Assembly: GCA_015493475.1 (NCBI GenBank)
Contig: WGDC01000001.1
Location: 12,968-76,967, forward strand
Reading direction: 5' to 3'
Length of the DNA stretch: 64,000 bases
From: Deltaproteobacteria bacterium
GTDB taxonomy: Bacteria > Desulfobacterota > Dissulfuribacteria > Dissulfuribacterales > QOAL01
Numbering within the stretch: the first letter of the stretch is position 1; every line of letters starts with the position of its first letter. A program made the position numbers and the translations under genes. Positions 1 through 8,505 of the stretch are shown one piece after another. The notes under the pieces were generated by a model. That model saw only the letters and a program-made list of their open reading frames with translations, was not told the DNA's origin and searched no databases.

Positions 1-152
1 CGAGCAGGAGACGGCGCATCGCTAGAGGAAGCGGCACAAGGGTCCAGGACGTGAACCAGCTACTTAAAAACTATGCCGAGATGAACAAGATGCTCAAGAA
101 ATTCGGAAAGGGTGGCTTCAAAAAGATACCGAGGGGACTCTTTCCCTTCTGA
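1..152 (+). CDS. ffh: signal recognition particle protein Ffh, C-terminal fragment (5' end outside window)
   Basis: Frame-3 translation reads ...[49 protein letters not shown] (stop 150-152), a typical Ffh M-domain tail. It is followed by rpsP, as in the common ffh-rpsP-rimM-trmD-rplS cluster. Confidence 0.85.
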   Translation, partial: SRRRRIARGSGTRVQDVNQLLKNYAEMNKMLKKFGKGGFKKIPRGLFPF

Positions 153-238
153 TAAGGCTTGCATCCTTGTAGTAGAATTAGTAATTAGGGACTTCCCAAA
201 GGGAAGCAAAATGCATAAAATTTAGATTGGAGGAATAA

Positions 239-484
239 ATGGCAGTCAGAATTCGTTTATCACGAGGCGGACGCAAGAAGAAGCCTTTCTACCGTATTGT
301 CGCGGCGTACTCGGAATCTCCGAGAGACGGACGTTTTTTAGAGGTGTTGGGTACTTACGATCCCTTAAAAGAGCCGGCCGAGATAAAACTCGACCACGAA
401 AAAGTCAAGAAATGGATAGAGAAAGGGGCCAGGCCATCCGAGACCGTGCGTTCACTGTTTTCAAAGGCCGGATGCGCGGTTTAA
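239..484 (+). CDS. rpsP: 30S ribosomal protein S16
   Basis: [23 protein letters not shown]... is the canonical S16 N-terminus. GGAGG lies upstream of the ATG. Confidence 0.97.
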   Translation: MAVRIRLSRGGRKKKPFYRIVAAYSESPRDGRFLEVLGTYDPLKEPAEIKLDHEKVKKWIEKGARPSETVRSLFSKAGCAV

Positions 485-537
485 TTCCTGCCCTGTACCT
501 GTAGCACTTGACGGCGGGTTATGTGGAGGTGAAAAAA

Positions 538-768
538 ATGAAGGACTTGATAGAACACATCGCAAAGGCTCTCGTTGATTATCCTGATCAGGTTGAAGTA
601 AACGAAGTCGAGGGTCAGCAGACCTCTGTCATCGAGCTCAAGGTTGCCAAGGAAGACCTTGGCAAGATAATTGGCAAGCAGGGCAGAACGGCCCGGGCCA
701 TGAGGACCATCTTGAGCGCAGCCTCCACGAAATTGAAAAAACGGGCTGTTCTGGAAATACTTGAATGA
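538..768 (+). CDS. KH-domain RNA-binding protein (YlqC/UPF0109 family)
   Basis: [26 protein letters not shown]...[26 protein letters not shown] contains the GKxGR KH motif. The position between rpsP and rimM is conserved. The ORF-track start at 508 is probably too far upstream; the ATG at 538 is preferred. Confidence 0.85.
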   Translation: MKDLIEHIAKALVDYPDQVEVNEVEGQQTSVIELKVAKEDLGKIIGKQGRTARAMRTILSAASTKLKKRAVLEILE

Positions 769-825
769 CCCGGGAGGTGAGGCCTTTTTGTTTGAAGGCC
801 ATCCTCTCCCATTATCTTGACAGAT

Positions 826-862
826 AAAAGAGGCCGACTGTTACAAACAGGCGGCCTCTTTT
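826..862 (+). terminator. strong GC-rich hairpin (terminator/attenuator-like) between the KH gene and rimM
   Basis: AAAAGAGGCCG (826-836) is the perfect reverse complement of CGGCCTCTTTT (852-862). The loop has additional CTGT/ACAG pairing. The flanking A-run and T-run give a bidirectional-terminator shape. Confidence 0.5.
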
Positions 863-895
863 ATCCCGGCTTACTCCCCCTCCCCAAAAAAGTAA

Positions 896-1438
896 ATGGA
901 TGGACGGTTCATAACCATAGGTTACATAAAAAGGGCCGTAGGACTCAAGGGAGAAGTACTGGTAAGGGTATTTTCTGCCGTTGAAAACCTTACATGTCCT
1001 CGTTGCCTCTTTTTGAAGGCCGGTTCTGATTTCAAGAAACTTGGGATAGTCCGTTTCAGGATAAAAAGGCGAAAGGAAGCAGTTTGCCTCCTTGCAGGCG
1101 TAGATAACAGGAGCAAGGCTGAAAAGATGGTAGGATTCAAGATATTTCAACAAAAATCCCTTTTGCCCCGACTCCACGAAGGCGAATACTTCTGGTACGA
1201 GCTCGAAGGATTAAGGGTAAGGAATATGAATGGCGTGGACCTCGGCACTATCAACTGTATCATGGAGACGGGGGCGCATGATGTCTTGGTTGTAAGAAAC
1301 AGATACAGAGAGATACTGGTCCCCATGGTGGAGGGTTTTATAAAGGATATTGACACCAGGGCCGGACTGTGCCTTGTGGAACTCCCCCCTGGGCTGTTGG
1401 AGGCTACCGGGACTGCGCTAAAAAGGAAAAAGGATTGA
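896..1438 (+). CDS. rimM: 16S rRNA processing protein RimM
   Basis: ITIGYIKRAVGLKGEVLVRVFS...EGEYFWYELEGLRV...HDVLVV matches the RimM/PRC-barrel pattern. Its synteny with trmD also supports the call. Confidence 0.9.
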   Translation: MDGRFITIGYIKRAVGLKGEVLVRVFSAVENLTCPRCLFLKAGSDFKKLGIVRFRIKRRKEAVCLLAGVDNRSKAEKMVGFKIFQQKSLLPRLHEGEYFWYELEGLRVRNMNGVDLGTINCIMETGAHDVLVVRNRYREILVPMVEGFIKDIDTRAGLCLVELPPGLLEATGTALKRKKD

Positions 1439-2175
1439 TATTCCACGTCATCTCCATATTCCCTGGTTATTTTGACTCGCCTCTCAGGCAAGGAGTAATC
1501 GGCAGGGCCATAAATAAAGGCATCATAAAGGTCAATCCCGTCGATCTCCGCACCTTCACGTCGGACCGGCATAAGACCACGGATGACCGTCCCTACGGAG
1601 GCGGAGCAGGGATGGTAATGATTCCCCAGCCTATAGCCAAGGCCATATTGTCAGTCAAAGGGGAACGAAATGATGTGCCGGTCATACTTTTTTCTCCTGC
1701 CGGGATACCCTTCAATCATGTAGTAGCCTCACATCTTGCGCGTAAAAAAGAGCTCATATTACTATGCGGCCGCTATGAAGGGGTGGACCAGAGAGTCATA
1801 GAACGTTTCGTGGACATGGAGTTGTCAATCGGAGACTATGTGATCACCGGTGGGGAACCTGCCGCCCTTGTGCTAATCGATGCTGTCGGAAGGCTCATAC
1901 CTGGTGTCCTCGGGTGCAATGAATCCGCAGACAACGATTCCTTTGCTACAGGTATTCTCGAACATCCACATTACACTAGGCCGAGACGCTTCATGGGAAT
2001 GGATGTACCGGAGGTTCTTTTGAGCGGAGACCACAAAAAAATAGGAGAATGGAGAAGGAAAAAGTCCATAGAAATCACCCTCAGGCGGAGGCCAGAACTT
2101 CTTGACAAGGCCTGTCTTTCTCCGGCCGATATCAAGCTCCTCGACGAACTAAAAAGGGATGCGGAGGCAAAATGA
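1435..2175 (+). CDS. trmD: tRNA (guanine37-N1)-methyltransferase TrmD
   Basis: LIFHVISIFPGYFDSPL...DDRPYGGGAGMVM...LLCGRYEGVDQRV...IGDYVITGGE are TrmD signatures. A TTG start at 1435 overlaps the rimM stop by 4 nt. The ORF-track start at 1369 lies inside rimM. Confidence 0.94.
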   Translation: MIFHVISIFPGYFDSPLRQGVIGRAINKGIIKVNPVDLRTFTSDRHKTTDDRPYGGGAGMVMIPQPIAKAILSVKGERNDVPVILFSPAGIPFNHVVASHLARKKELILLCGRYEGVDQRVIERFVDMELSIGDYVITGGEPAALVLIDAVGRLIPGVLGCNESADNDSFATGILEHPHYTRPRRFMGMDVPEVLLSGDHKKIGEWRRKKSIEITLRRRPELLDKACLSPADIKLLDELKRDAEAK

Positions 2176-2744
2176 AGGCAGCCAAGCTGTATTTATCCTT
2201 AGTGCATTACCCTGTAATAAACCGGTCGGGAGAAAAGATCTGCTCTGCCATAACCAATCTTGATATCCACGACATTGCCCGCACATGCACTACTTATGGA
2301 ACAGATGCCTTCTTCGTAGCAACTCCATCACCCGAGCAAAGGGCCCTTGCCAAAAAGGTAGTGCAGCACTGGATTACCGGGGTTGGAGCACAGTTTAACC
2401 CCGACCGTAAACGGGCCTTTGAACAGATTCGGGTGGCGGATTCGATAGGAGATGTCATATCGGCTATAGGTGTTCCGAGGGAAAAGATGGCAGTGCTCGC
2501 AACGTCCGCCCGTGAGACGGCAGGATGCATCGACTGGAAAAAGCTTGAAAAAATGGTGTACAATTCCAAGTTTGAATGTATATTACTGCTCTTTGGAACG
2601 GCCTCGGGGCTCCACGAAGAATGCTTAACGGAGTGTGATGGGATAATTTGCCCTGTTTACGGGCCCACCGACTATAATCACCTTTCCGTACGAAGTGCCG
2701 TTGCCATTACACTTGACAGAATTTCAGGAATCAGGAGGCAATAA
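2172..2744 (+). CDS. conserved SPOUT-like putative SAM-dependent RNA methyltransferase (family found between trmD and rplS in Geobacter-type genomes)
   Basis: [39 protein letters not shown]... The gene is translationally coupled to trmD (ATGA overlap). The family assignment comes from memory of the PF09936-like group and is not verified. Confidence 0.6.
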   Translation: MKAAKLYLSLVHYPVINRSGEKICSAITNLDIHDIARTCTTYGTDAFFVATPSPEQRALAKKVVQHWITGVGAQFNPDRKRAFEQIRVADSIGDVISAIGVPREKMAVLATSARETAGCIDWKKLEKMVYNSKFECILLLFGTASGLHEECLTECDGIICPVYGPTDYNHLSVRSAVAITLDRISGIRRQ

Positions 2745-2745
2745 A

Positions 2746-3102
2746 ATGGATGTGATACGTCGTCTGGCCTTTGAAGAAATGAGAACGGACATCCCACCCT
2801 TCAAACCAGGAGATACGGTAAAGGTCCACGTAAAAATCAGGGAGACTGCGGAAAAGGAAAGGATCCAGGTTTTTGAGGGTGTTGTAATAAGCCGCAAGGG
2901 CAGCGGCATCTCTGAAACCTTCACAGTCAGGAAGATATCCTACGGGGTTGGCGTGGAAAGGATATTCCCTGTCAATTCCCCGAGGATAGAGAAGATAGAG
3001 ATAGTCCAGAGCGGCCGCCACAACAGATCAAAGCTCTTCTACCTGCGTAACCTTCGTGGAAAGGCCATGAGGCAAAAAATCAGGAACAAAAGGACCATGT
3101 AA
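2746..3102 (+). CDS. rplS: 50S ribosomal protein L19
   Basis: [33 protein letters not shown]...[11 protein letters not shown] is a canonical L19 sequence. The ATG at 2746 is preferred over the ORF-track start at 2695. Confidence 0.95.
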   Translation: MDVIRRLAFEEMRTDIPPFKPGDTVKVHVKIRETAEKERIQVFEGVVISRKGSGISETFTVRKISYGVGVERIFPVNSPRIEKIEIVQSGRHNRSKLFYLRNLRGKAMRQKIRNKRTM

Positions 3103-3103
3103 C

Positions 3104-3748
3104 TTGACCAGGTCCCTGTTTGATCAGGATACACTTGATCCGGCGCATGGGGCCTGGCACTTTGAACATATACTTCAGGATCAGGGCCTTTGGCCAGCAG
3201 CCGGCGTGGACGAAGTAGGAAGGGGCTGCATAGCCGGCCCAGTAGTGGCTGCGGCAGTAATACTGCCACATGATATCTCCACGCAGGGGGTGACGGATTC
3301 TAAAAAACTTACAGGCACCCGGCGTGAAGAGCTGTCGCAGTTGATAGAAAAGGTTGCCATTGACATTTCCATTGCCGAGGTAGGCCCCGAAAGGATTGAC
3401 AAGGTCAACATTCTCAGGGCAAGCCTTGAGGCCATGAAACTTGCTATAGAATCCCTGAAAACCCGTCCAAGGGCCGTTCTCATAGACGGAAACCAGCCGG
3501 TACCCGTTCAGATACCCCAAAAAAACATAATCAAGGGCGACAGCCGCTCATGCTCTATAGCCGCGGCCTCCATTGTTGCCAAGGTGTATAGAGACGGCCT
3601 TATGAAGGAATTTGGCCGCAGGTACCCCGTCTATCTCTTTGAAAAGCATAAGGGCTACGCCACAAGAGAGCACAGGGAACTGATAAAACGGTTCGGACCC
3701 TGCCCCATACACAGAAACAGCTTCAAGGGCGTATCGAAAGATGGCTGA
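3104..3748 (+). CDS. rnhB: ribonuclease HII
   Basis: AGVDEVGRGCIAGPVVAAAVIL...DSKKL...IDG...KGDSRSCSIAAASIVAKV...GYAT are RNase HII catalytic motifs. Confidence 0.93.
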   Translation: MTRSLFDQDTLDPAHGAWHFEHILQDQGLWPAAGVDEVGRGCIAGPVVAAAVILPHDISTQGVTDSKKLTGTRREELSQLIEKVAIDISIAEVGPERIDKVNILRASLEAMKLAIESLKTRPRAVLIDGNQPVPVQIPQKNIIKGDSRSCSIAAASIVAKVYRDGLMKEFGRRYPVYLFEKHKGYATREHRELIKRFGPCPIHRNSFKGVSKDG

Positions 3749-4112
3749 TCTCCTGCGCTTGAAAGGAAAGACCTTCGGTCACTCCTGCGAGGAACTGGCA
3801 GCCACATTCTTCAGACAACAGGGATATAACATCCTTGAAGTCAACTTCCGCGCAAGGTGTGGTGAGATAGACATAGTGGCTGAAAAAGACGGGTACATCG
3901 TCTTTATAGAGGTCAAGGCAAGGAAATCCACAAGGTACGGCCTCCCGCAGGAAGCGGTTACCCCGGCTAAACAGGCCGTTATCCGCAAAACAGCCACGGC
4001 TTTTCTGCAAAAAAGGAGCCTAATGGACAAGAAGGTCAGGTTCGACGTGCTCGCCATCACCTTTCCGAACAATGGCGGCCCGAGATTCAATCACATCCCC
4101 TTTGCCTTTTGA
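3741..4112 (+). CDS. YraN-family endonuclease (UPF0102)
   Basis: GEELAATFFRQQGYNILEVNFRARCGEIDIVAEKDGYIVFIEVKAR...RFDVLAI is the YraN pattern. It overlaps the rnhB end by 8 nt. Confidence 0.85.
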   Translation: MADLLRLKGKTFGHSCEELAATFFRQQGYNILEVNFRARCGEIDIVAEKDGYIVFIEVKARKSTRYGLPQEAVTPAKQAVIRKTATAFLQKRSLMDKKVRFDVLAITFPNNGGPRFNHIPFAF

Positions 4113-4191
4113 AAGGCCCTGGTCCTGCGCTTAACCCAAAAGAGCCCCATGCCTCCCCCAGTGGAAAGGATGTAAAAAAAATTTTCGCTTA

Positions 4192-4220
4192 TTGAAGTGG
4201 CGGAGTTTTAATAATATTAT
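4192..4220 (+). promoter_or_regulatory. candidate sigma70-type promoter upstream of the MarC-family gene
   Basis: TTGAAG (4192-4197), 17 nt spacer, TATTAT (4215-4220), in an AT-rich intergenic region. Confidence 0.35.
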
Positions 4221-4295
4221 TTGTGTATAATCGGGTTGTTCTGGCCGGCATGCCGCTGAAACACCTATGACCAACAGTCAACAGATGGAACATGT

Positions 4296-4925
4296 ATGGA
4301 ACCTACTGAAATATTAAAGAATTTTACCGGAATCCTGTCTATTGTAAACCCTATTGGCGCTATCCCCATCTTTATAGGCCTAACCTCAGACTGGACACAG
4401 AAGCAAAGAAACCGGACCGCCAATATCACGGCCCTTTCCACCAGTATTATACTCCTTATCTCGGCCTTTTTGGGAAACTATGTACTCAAGTTCTTTGGCA
4501 TACGCCTGTCTTCCTTCCAGGTAGGCGGCGGCATACTGCTCCTTCTTATCGCCATATCCATGCTGCACGCGAAGGTAAGCCATGCAAAACATACACCCCA
4601 GGAAGCCCAGGAGGCCGAAGACATGGAATCCATAGGGGTCGTTCCACTATCAATGCCCCTCCTGGCGGGTCCCGGCTCCATCAGCACCGTGATACTCTAC
4701 GCCCACTATGCACAGAAACTTCACGAAAAGGTGATCCTTGCAGGCATCATAATCTCCGTAGGCGCATTAGTATGGCTTTCGCTCCGCATGGCCGTGCCTA
4801 TCGGCTCAAGGCTTGGAGCTACGGGCATAAACATAGCCGTACGTATACTGGGACTCATCCTTGCAGCCATTTCTGTCGAATTCATGGCAGCCGGGCTAAA
4901 GAGTCTCTTTCCTGTCCTCAGGTAA
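4296..4925 (+). CDS. MarC-family (UPF0056) integral membrane protein
   Basis: 209 aa and polytopic. FTGILSIVNPIGAIPIFIGLT at the N-terminus is typical of MarC/UPF0056. Confidence 0.8.
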   Translation: MEPTEILKNFTGILSIVNPIGAIPIFIGLTSDWTQKQRNRTANITALSTSIILLISAFLGNYVLKFFGIRLSSFQVGGGILLLLIAISMLHAKVSHAKHTPQEAQEAEDMESIGVVPLSMPLLAGPGSISTVILYAHYAQKLHEKVILAGIIISVGALVWLSLRMAVPIGSRLGATGINIAVRILGLILAAISVEFMAAGLKSLFPVLR

Positions 4926-4932
4926 CTGACGC

Positions 4933-6006
4933 ATGATCTGTCGCCTCACAAGGGAAAAACTCTTTGGCATACTCTTCGAAGGCTTGCCCATAGGCTGTTT
5001 CTTAGTAAACAAGAAGTTTGAAATCATCGCCTTCAATAAATCTGCAGAAACACTGACGGGCTGGAAAAAGGAAGAGGTCATGGGGAAACCCTGTTCCGAG
5101 GTCATAAACAGCAACCTGTGTCATCAGTTTTGCCCCCTAAAGGAAGGAGCGCACACAAAAAAGAAATTCATTGCGAGGGAAGAAATCATAAAAGACCGGT
5201 TCGGAGAAGAGATCCCGGTCTGTTATTCAAGCTCTGCGGTATTTGACGAAAATGGCAATTTCGAAGCGGGCATAGAAATATTCAGGGAAAGGGGTGGTGA
5301 CGAGAGGCTTCAGACCCTCCGCAACCACATAATATCCATTTTCGCCCACGACATCAAAACCCCGTGCAGCGTCACCGGGGCCCTTATAAACAGGATTCTT
5401 TCCGGAAAAGCAGGGCCCATCACGGATCAGCAAAGGGAGTACCTGGAATTCATCATAAAGGAAAACAAACAGGTGGAGCTCCTGATCAACAACCTGTTGG
5501 AGCTTCTGCACATTGAAAGGGGTGGCAGCCCGGCGGAAAAAAGTCCAACCGACATCCACTGCTTTATCAAGGACATGGTTGGGGAAATGAGGCCCAAGGC
5601 AGAGGCCAACGGGATTAACATCGCATATGACATCGACAAACGCATCAACAGACCGGTGTTGATAGACAAAATCCAAATGAAAAGGGTGCTCCAGAACCTC
5701 ATTGACAATGCCATAAAATATTCAAGAAAAGGCGGCACCATCCATGTAAAGGCCGAGATACAGAACAACTGGCTCATCTTGAAGGTCCGGGACGAGGGTA
5801 TAGGGATTCCAAAGGATGACCTTCCTCATATATTCGAGTACTTTTTCAGAGCGAAGAATTCCCCCAAGAAGGCTGAGGGCACAGGCCTTGGACTTGCCTC
5901 GGCAAGGGCCATAGTGGAATCAAGCGGAGGCCGGATCTGGGCAAAAAGCAAGGAAGGCGTCGGAACCACCTTTTTCATACGCCTGCCCATAGAACTAGAC
6001 TCGTAA
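4933..6006 (+). CDS. PAS-domain sensor histidine kinase (no cognate response regulator adjacent)
   Basis: PAS-like N-terminus (NKSAETLTGWKKEEVMGKPC), H-box FAHDIKTP, N-box NLIDNAIKYS, G-box GTGLGLA. Confidence 0.85.
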   Translation: MICRLTREKLFGILFEGLPIGCFLVNKKFEIIAFNKSAETLTGWKKEEVMGKPCSEVINSNLCHQFCPLKEGAHTKKKFIAREEIIKDRFGEEIPVCYSSSAVFDENGNFEAGIEIFRERGGDERLQTLRNHIISIFAHDIKTPCSVTGALINRILSGKAGPITDQQREYLEFIIKENKQVELLINNLLELLHIERGGSPAEKSPTDIHCFIKDMVGEMRPKAEANGINIAYDIDKRINRPVLIDKIQMKRVLQNLIDNAIKYSRKGGTIHVKAEIQNNWLILKVRDEGIGIPKDDLPHIFEYFFRAKNSPKKAEGTGLGLASARAIVESSGGRIWAKSKEGVGTTFFIRLPIELDS

Positions 6007-6009
6007 ATC

Positions 6010-7551
6010 TTGTATTCCAAGCCAAGGGTGTCTGAAACATCCCCCAAAACGAGAATCGTGTTCACGGCGGCCCTGGAGGCAGAGTTGCCTTGCGGCTTCA
6101 TAAAACGTTGCGGCTGGCCCGTGGTAACAGCAAGAAAACTTGGAGAACGAGTTTTTCCCTCCATTGATACGTCGCCGGTTAACGACTCGGTGGTTTTCGT
6201 CATAACGGGAGTTGGAAGGAAGAGAAGCCAGGAGGCTGCCCTCGCCATAGCGAGACACCTCAAACCTCTTGCCGTGGTCAATCTTGGCGGCTGTGGGCTG
6301 AATCTACATACCAATGAAAAACCGGCCCTAGCCTCCATGTTTGTAGCTTCCAGCACCCGTATAGGGAGCCAGGTTCTTGACTGTCCAGTAAAACTCCCAT
6401 TTCCGCTTCCTCCCAATTTGCGTATGAAAGCCGTGGCAGTTCAGTCTGTAGAACGTCCGCTTTTAAGATATGACCCCTGCATCTTACCAGTGGTTGACAT
6501 GGAGGCGGGCTTTGAACACAGGATTTTCAGAAAACATTCCATACCCTTTTACTGTGTAAAGGTATCAGCGGACCTCTGCTCAAGCTCGAGCAGGCAACAA
6601 TTTGAGAACTGTCTTGAAGGGATACGCCGTTCCCTTGAAGGCCTCCTGTCCTTTCTTGATCCCTCCTCGCTGCCGGAAGACATATCTGTGGTTGTGCCTG
6701 TACATAACAGGCAGACTATGATGGAACGAGCCATCGCGTCCGTTGTGAACCAAAGCCACAAAGCCGCTGAAATAATCGTGGTTGATGACGCATCCACACC
6801 CATAGTAAGAGAAACCATGAACAGAGAAATGAGGCGGCATGTAAAGATAGTAACGCTTTCGGAAAGGGGAGGAGTGTCTGCTGCAAGGAATGCCGGCATT
6901 AGAAAGGCGTCATCGAAATGGATAGCACTTCTTGACTCTGACGATGAATGGACGAAGAAAAAACTCGAAAATCAACTCTCTTACCTGAGAAAAAGACCAT
7001 TTTTCGAAACGGTGCAATGCGAAGAGATATGGATCAGGAAGGGCAAAAGGGTCAATAGGTGCAGCCGTCACCGAAAAGAACAAGGCTGGATATGGAAAAA
7101 GTGCGTAGAAATGTGCGCTATAAGTCCCTCCGGCGTACTCATAAGGAAGGATATCTTCAACAGGATCGGTTATTTTCAAGAGGAATTTCCTGCCTGTGAA
7201 GACTATGAAATATGGCTAAGACTGAGCAGGCATATGCCGGTGGGATTAAATCCAGAACCGGACCTGATAAAATATGGGGGGCATGACGACCAGCTATCAA
7301 GGCGTTACCCGGCCATGGACAGGTTCAGGGTAGCGGCCCTTTTAAAAGCCCTTGAGGCAGAATCGGATCCTGCTTACAGGGATATAATAGTAAAAGACAT
7401 TAAGCGAAGACTGCTGATACTTTACAATGGCGCCAAAAAGAGAAACAAGACAGGTCCGGCATGGGCCTTCGAAGAGGTTCTATCCGAGGTCTCAAAAAAC
7501 AGGGCAGTATCATGGAAAGACTATCCCATCCTTCTGAAAAAATATTTCTAA
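6010..7551 (+). CDS. fusion protein: N-terminal PNP_UDP_1-type nucleosidase/phosphorylase-like domain + C-terminal family-2 glycosyltransferase
   Basis: N-terminal half: VVFVITGVGRKRSQEAALAIARHLKPLAVVNLGGCGL and VVDMEAGFEH...FYCVKVSADL (MtnN/MqnB/HpnG-type fold motifs). C-terminal half: VVVPVHNRQ...VVDDAST...ARNAGI...LLDSDDEW (GT2 DxD). TTG start 3 nt after the kinase stop. Confidence 0.7.
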   Translation: MYSKPRVSETSPKTRIVFTAALEAELPCGFIKRCGWPVVTARKLGERVFPSIDTSPVNDSVVFVITGVGRKRSQEAALAIARHLKPLAVVNLGGCGLNLHTNEKPALASMFVASSTRIGSQVLDCPVKLPFPLPPNLRMKAVAVQSVERPLLRYDPCILPVVDMEAGFEHRIFRKHSIPFYCVKVSADLCSSSSRQQFENCLEGIRRSLEGLLSFLDPSSLPEDISVVVPVHNRQTMMERAIASVVNQSHKAAEIIVVDDASTPIVRETMNREMRRHVKIVTLSERGGVSAARNAGIRKASSKWIALLDSDDEWTKKKLENQLSYLRKRPFFETVQCEEIWIRKGKRVNRCSRHRKEQGWIWKKCVEMCAISPSGVLIRKDIFNRIGYFQEEFPACEDYEIWLRLSRHMPVGLNPEPDLIKYGGHDDQLSRRYPAMDRFRVAALLKALEAESDPAYRDIIVKDIKRRLLILYNGAKKRNKTGPAWAFEEVLSEVSKNRAVSWKDYPILLKKYF

Positions 7552-8501
7552 TTGTCCCGGACCGGCTTGACCTTTCCCTCGATTTCTCGCAGATACTTGA
7601 GAAACTCGGCGTTGAGGACTCCTCCAACTTGATAAAAAGCCTTGACGAAAACTCCATACTCTCGCCCATCCTTACAGCCGGCTTCCAGGGCGGGGAGAAA
7701 CCATTACTGGTAATCGATGGATTCAAGCGTCTTAGATGGGCACGCGGCAGAGGGCTTGCCCGGCTACCCGTCCTTCGGACCGGGATCATGGACAAGGAAC
7801 GGCTAATCCTGTTTCTCCTTGCAAAATACTCAGGCGGCCTCAAGGGATGCGCAGCAAAGGCCCTTTTCCTTGACTACCTCGTCAGGGCAGGCTTCCATAG
7901 ATCCCTGCTTACCGGCATGGCAATGGACGCCCTCGGCCTTGAGAAACATGGAGGCCTCCTTGATAGGTACCTGCGTGTGGCAGAGCTTCCCGGAGAGATT
8001 CTCAGGTTTTGCCATGAAAAGGATTTTTCTCTGAAAAAGTGCCTGAACCTTACATACCAGCCAAGGCAACTACTTGAAAAAATAATTGAATCAAGGCGAA
8101 GGATATCCCTGTCCGCAAGCCTCCTGTTGGAACTTTGCGACAATATCACGGACATAATGAGACGTGACCAAATAGACACGCATGAATTTTTTCAGCGCCA
8201 GGACGTTAAGGAGGTACTATGTACCAGGATGGACATCGGCCAGAGAACCAGGCTCTTCAGACAGCTTGTAATAAGGCTGCGATTCCCTGTGTTGACCCGT
8301 CTTCAGGACGAAGTAGGCAGGGTCAGCAGAGCATATTTTCATGACAGTCCATTTTCTGTCAGGTGGGATGAAACACTTGAAAACAGGAAAATTACCCTTT
8401 CCGTCACGCTTCGCGACTTATCCGAGCTCTCGGAGTTGAAAGAGGCCCTGTCAAGCAGTGAAACCGAAGAGGGACTTAAAAGACTCCTTTCGTACTTTTG
8501 A
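7512..8501 (+). CDS. ParB/Srx-fold (ParB N-terminal-like) domain protein, divergent
   Basis: LIKSLDENSILSPILTA...PLLVIDGFKRLRWARGRGLARLPVL resembles the ParB box (GERRxRAA is here GFKRLRWA). The rest is helical. The ATG at 7512 overlaps the upstream gene end. Confidence 0.55.
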   Translation: MERLSHPSEKIFLIVPDRLDLSLDFSQILEKLGVEDSSNLIKSLDENSILSPILTAGFQGGEKPLLVIDGFKRLRWARGRGLARLPVLRTGIMDKERLILFLLAKYSGGLKGCAAKALFLDYLVRAGFHRSLLTGMAMDALGLEKHGGLLDRYLRVAELPGEILRFCHEKDFSLKKCLNLTYQPRQLLEKIIESRRRISLSASLLLELCDNITDIMRRDQIDTHEFFQRQDVKEVLCTRMDIGQRTRLFRQLVIRLRFPVLTRLQDEVGRVSRAYFHDSPFSVRWDETLENRKITLSVTLRDLSELSELKEALSSSETEEGLKRLLSYF

Positions 8502-8505
8502 AAAC

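Noticed and set aside
192-206. Small hairpin CTTCCC-AAA-GGGAAG between ffh and rpsP
   Set aside because: It has only 6 bp and no T-run, and it lies in a region expected to hold the rpsP promoter/leader. There is too little evidence for a terminator or regulatory call.
5826-6416. 196-aa minus-strand ORF spanning the kinase/GT2 junction
   Set aside because: It is antisense to two well-supported genes and has no motifs.
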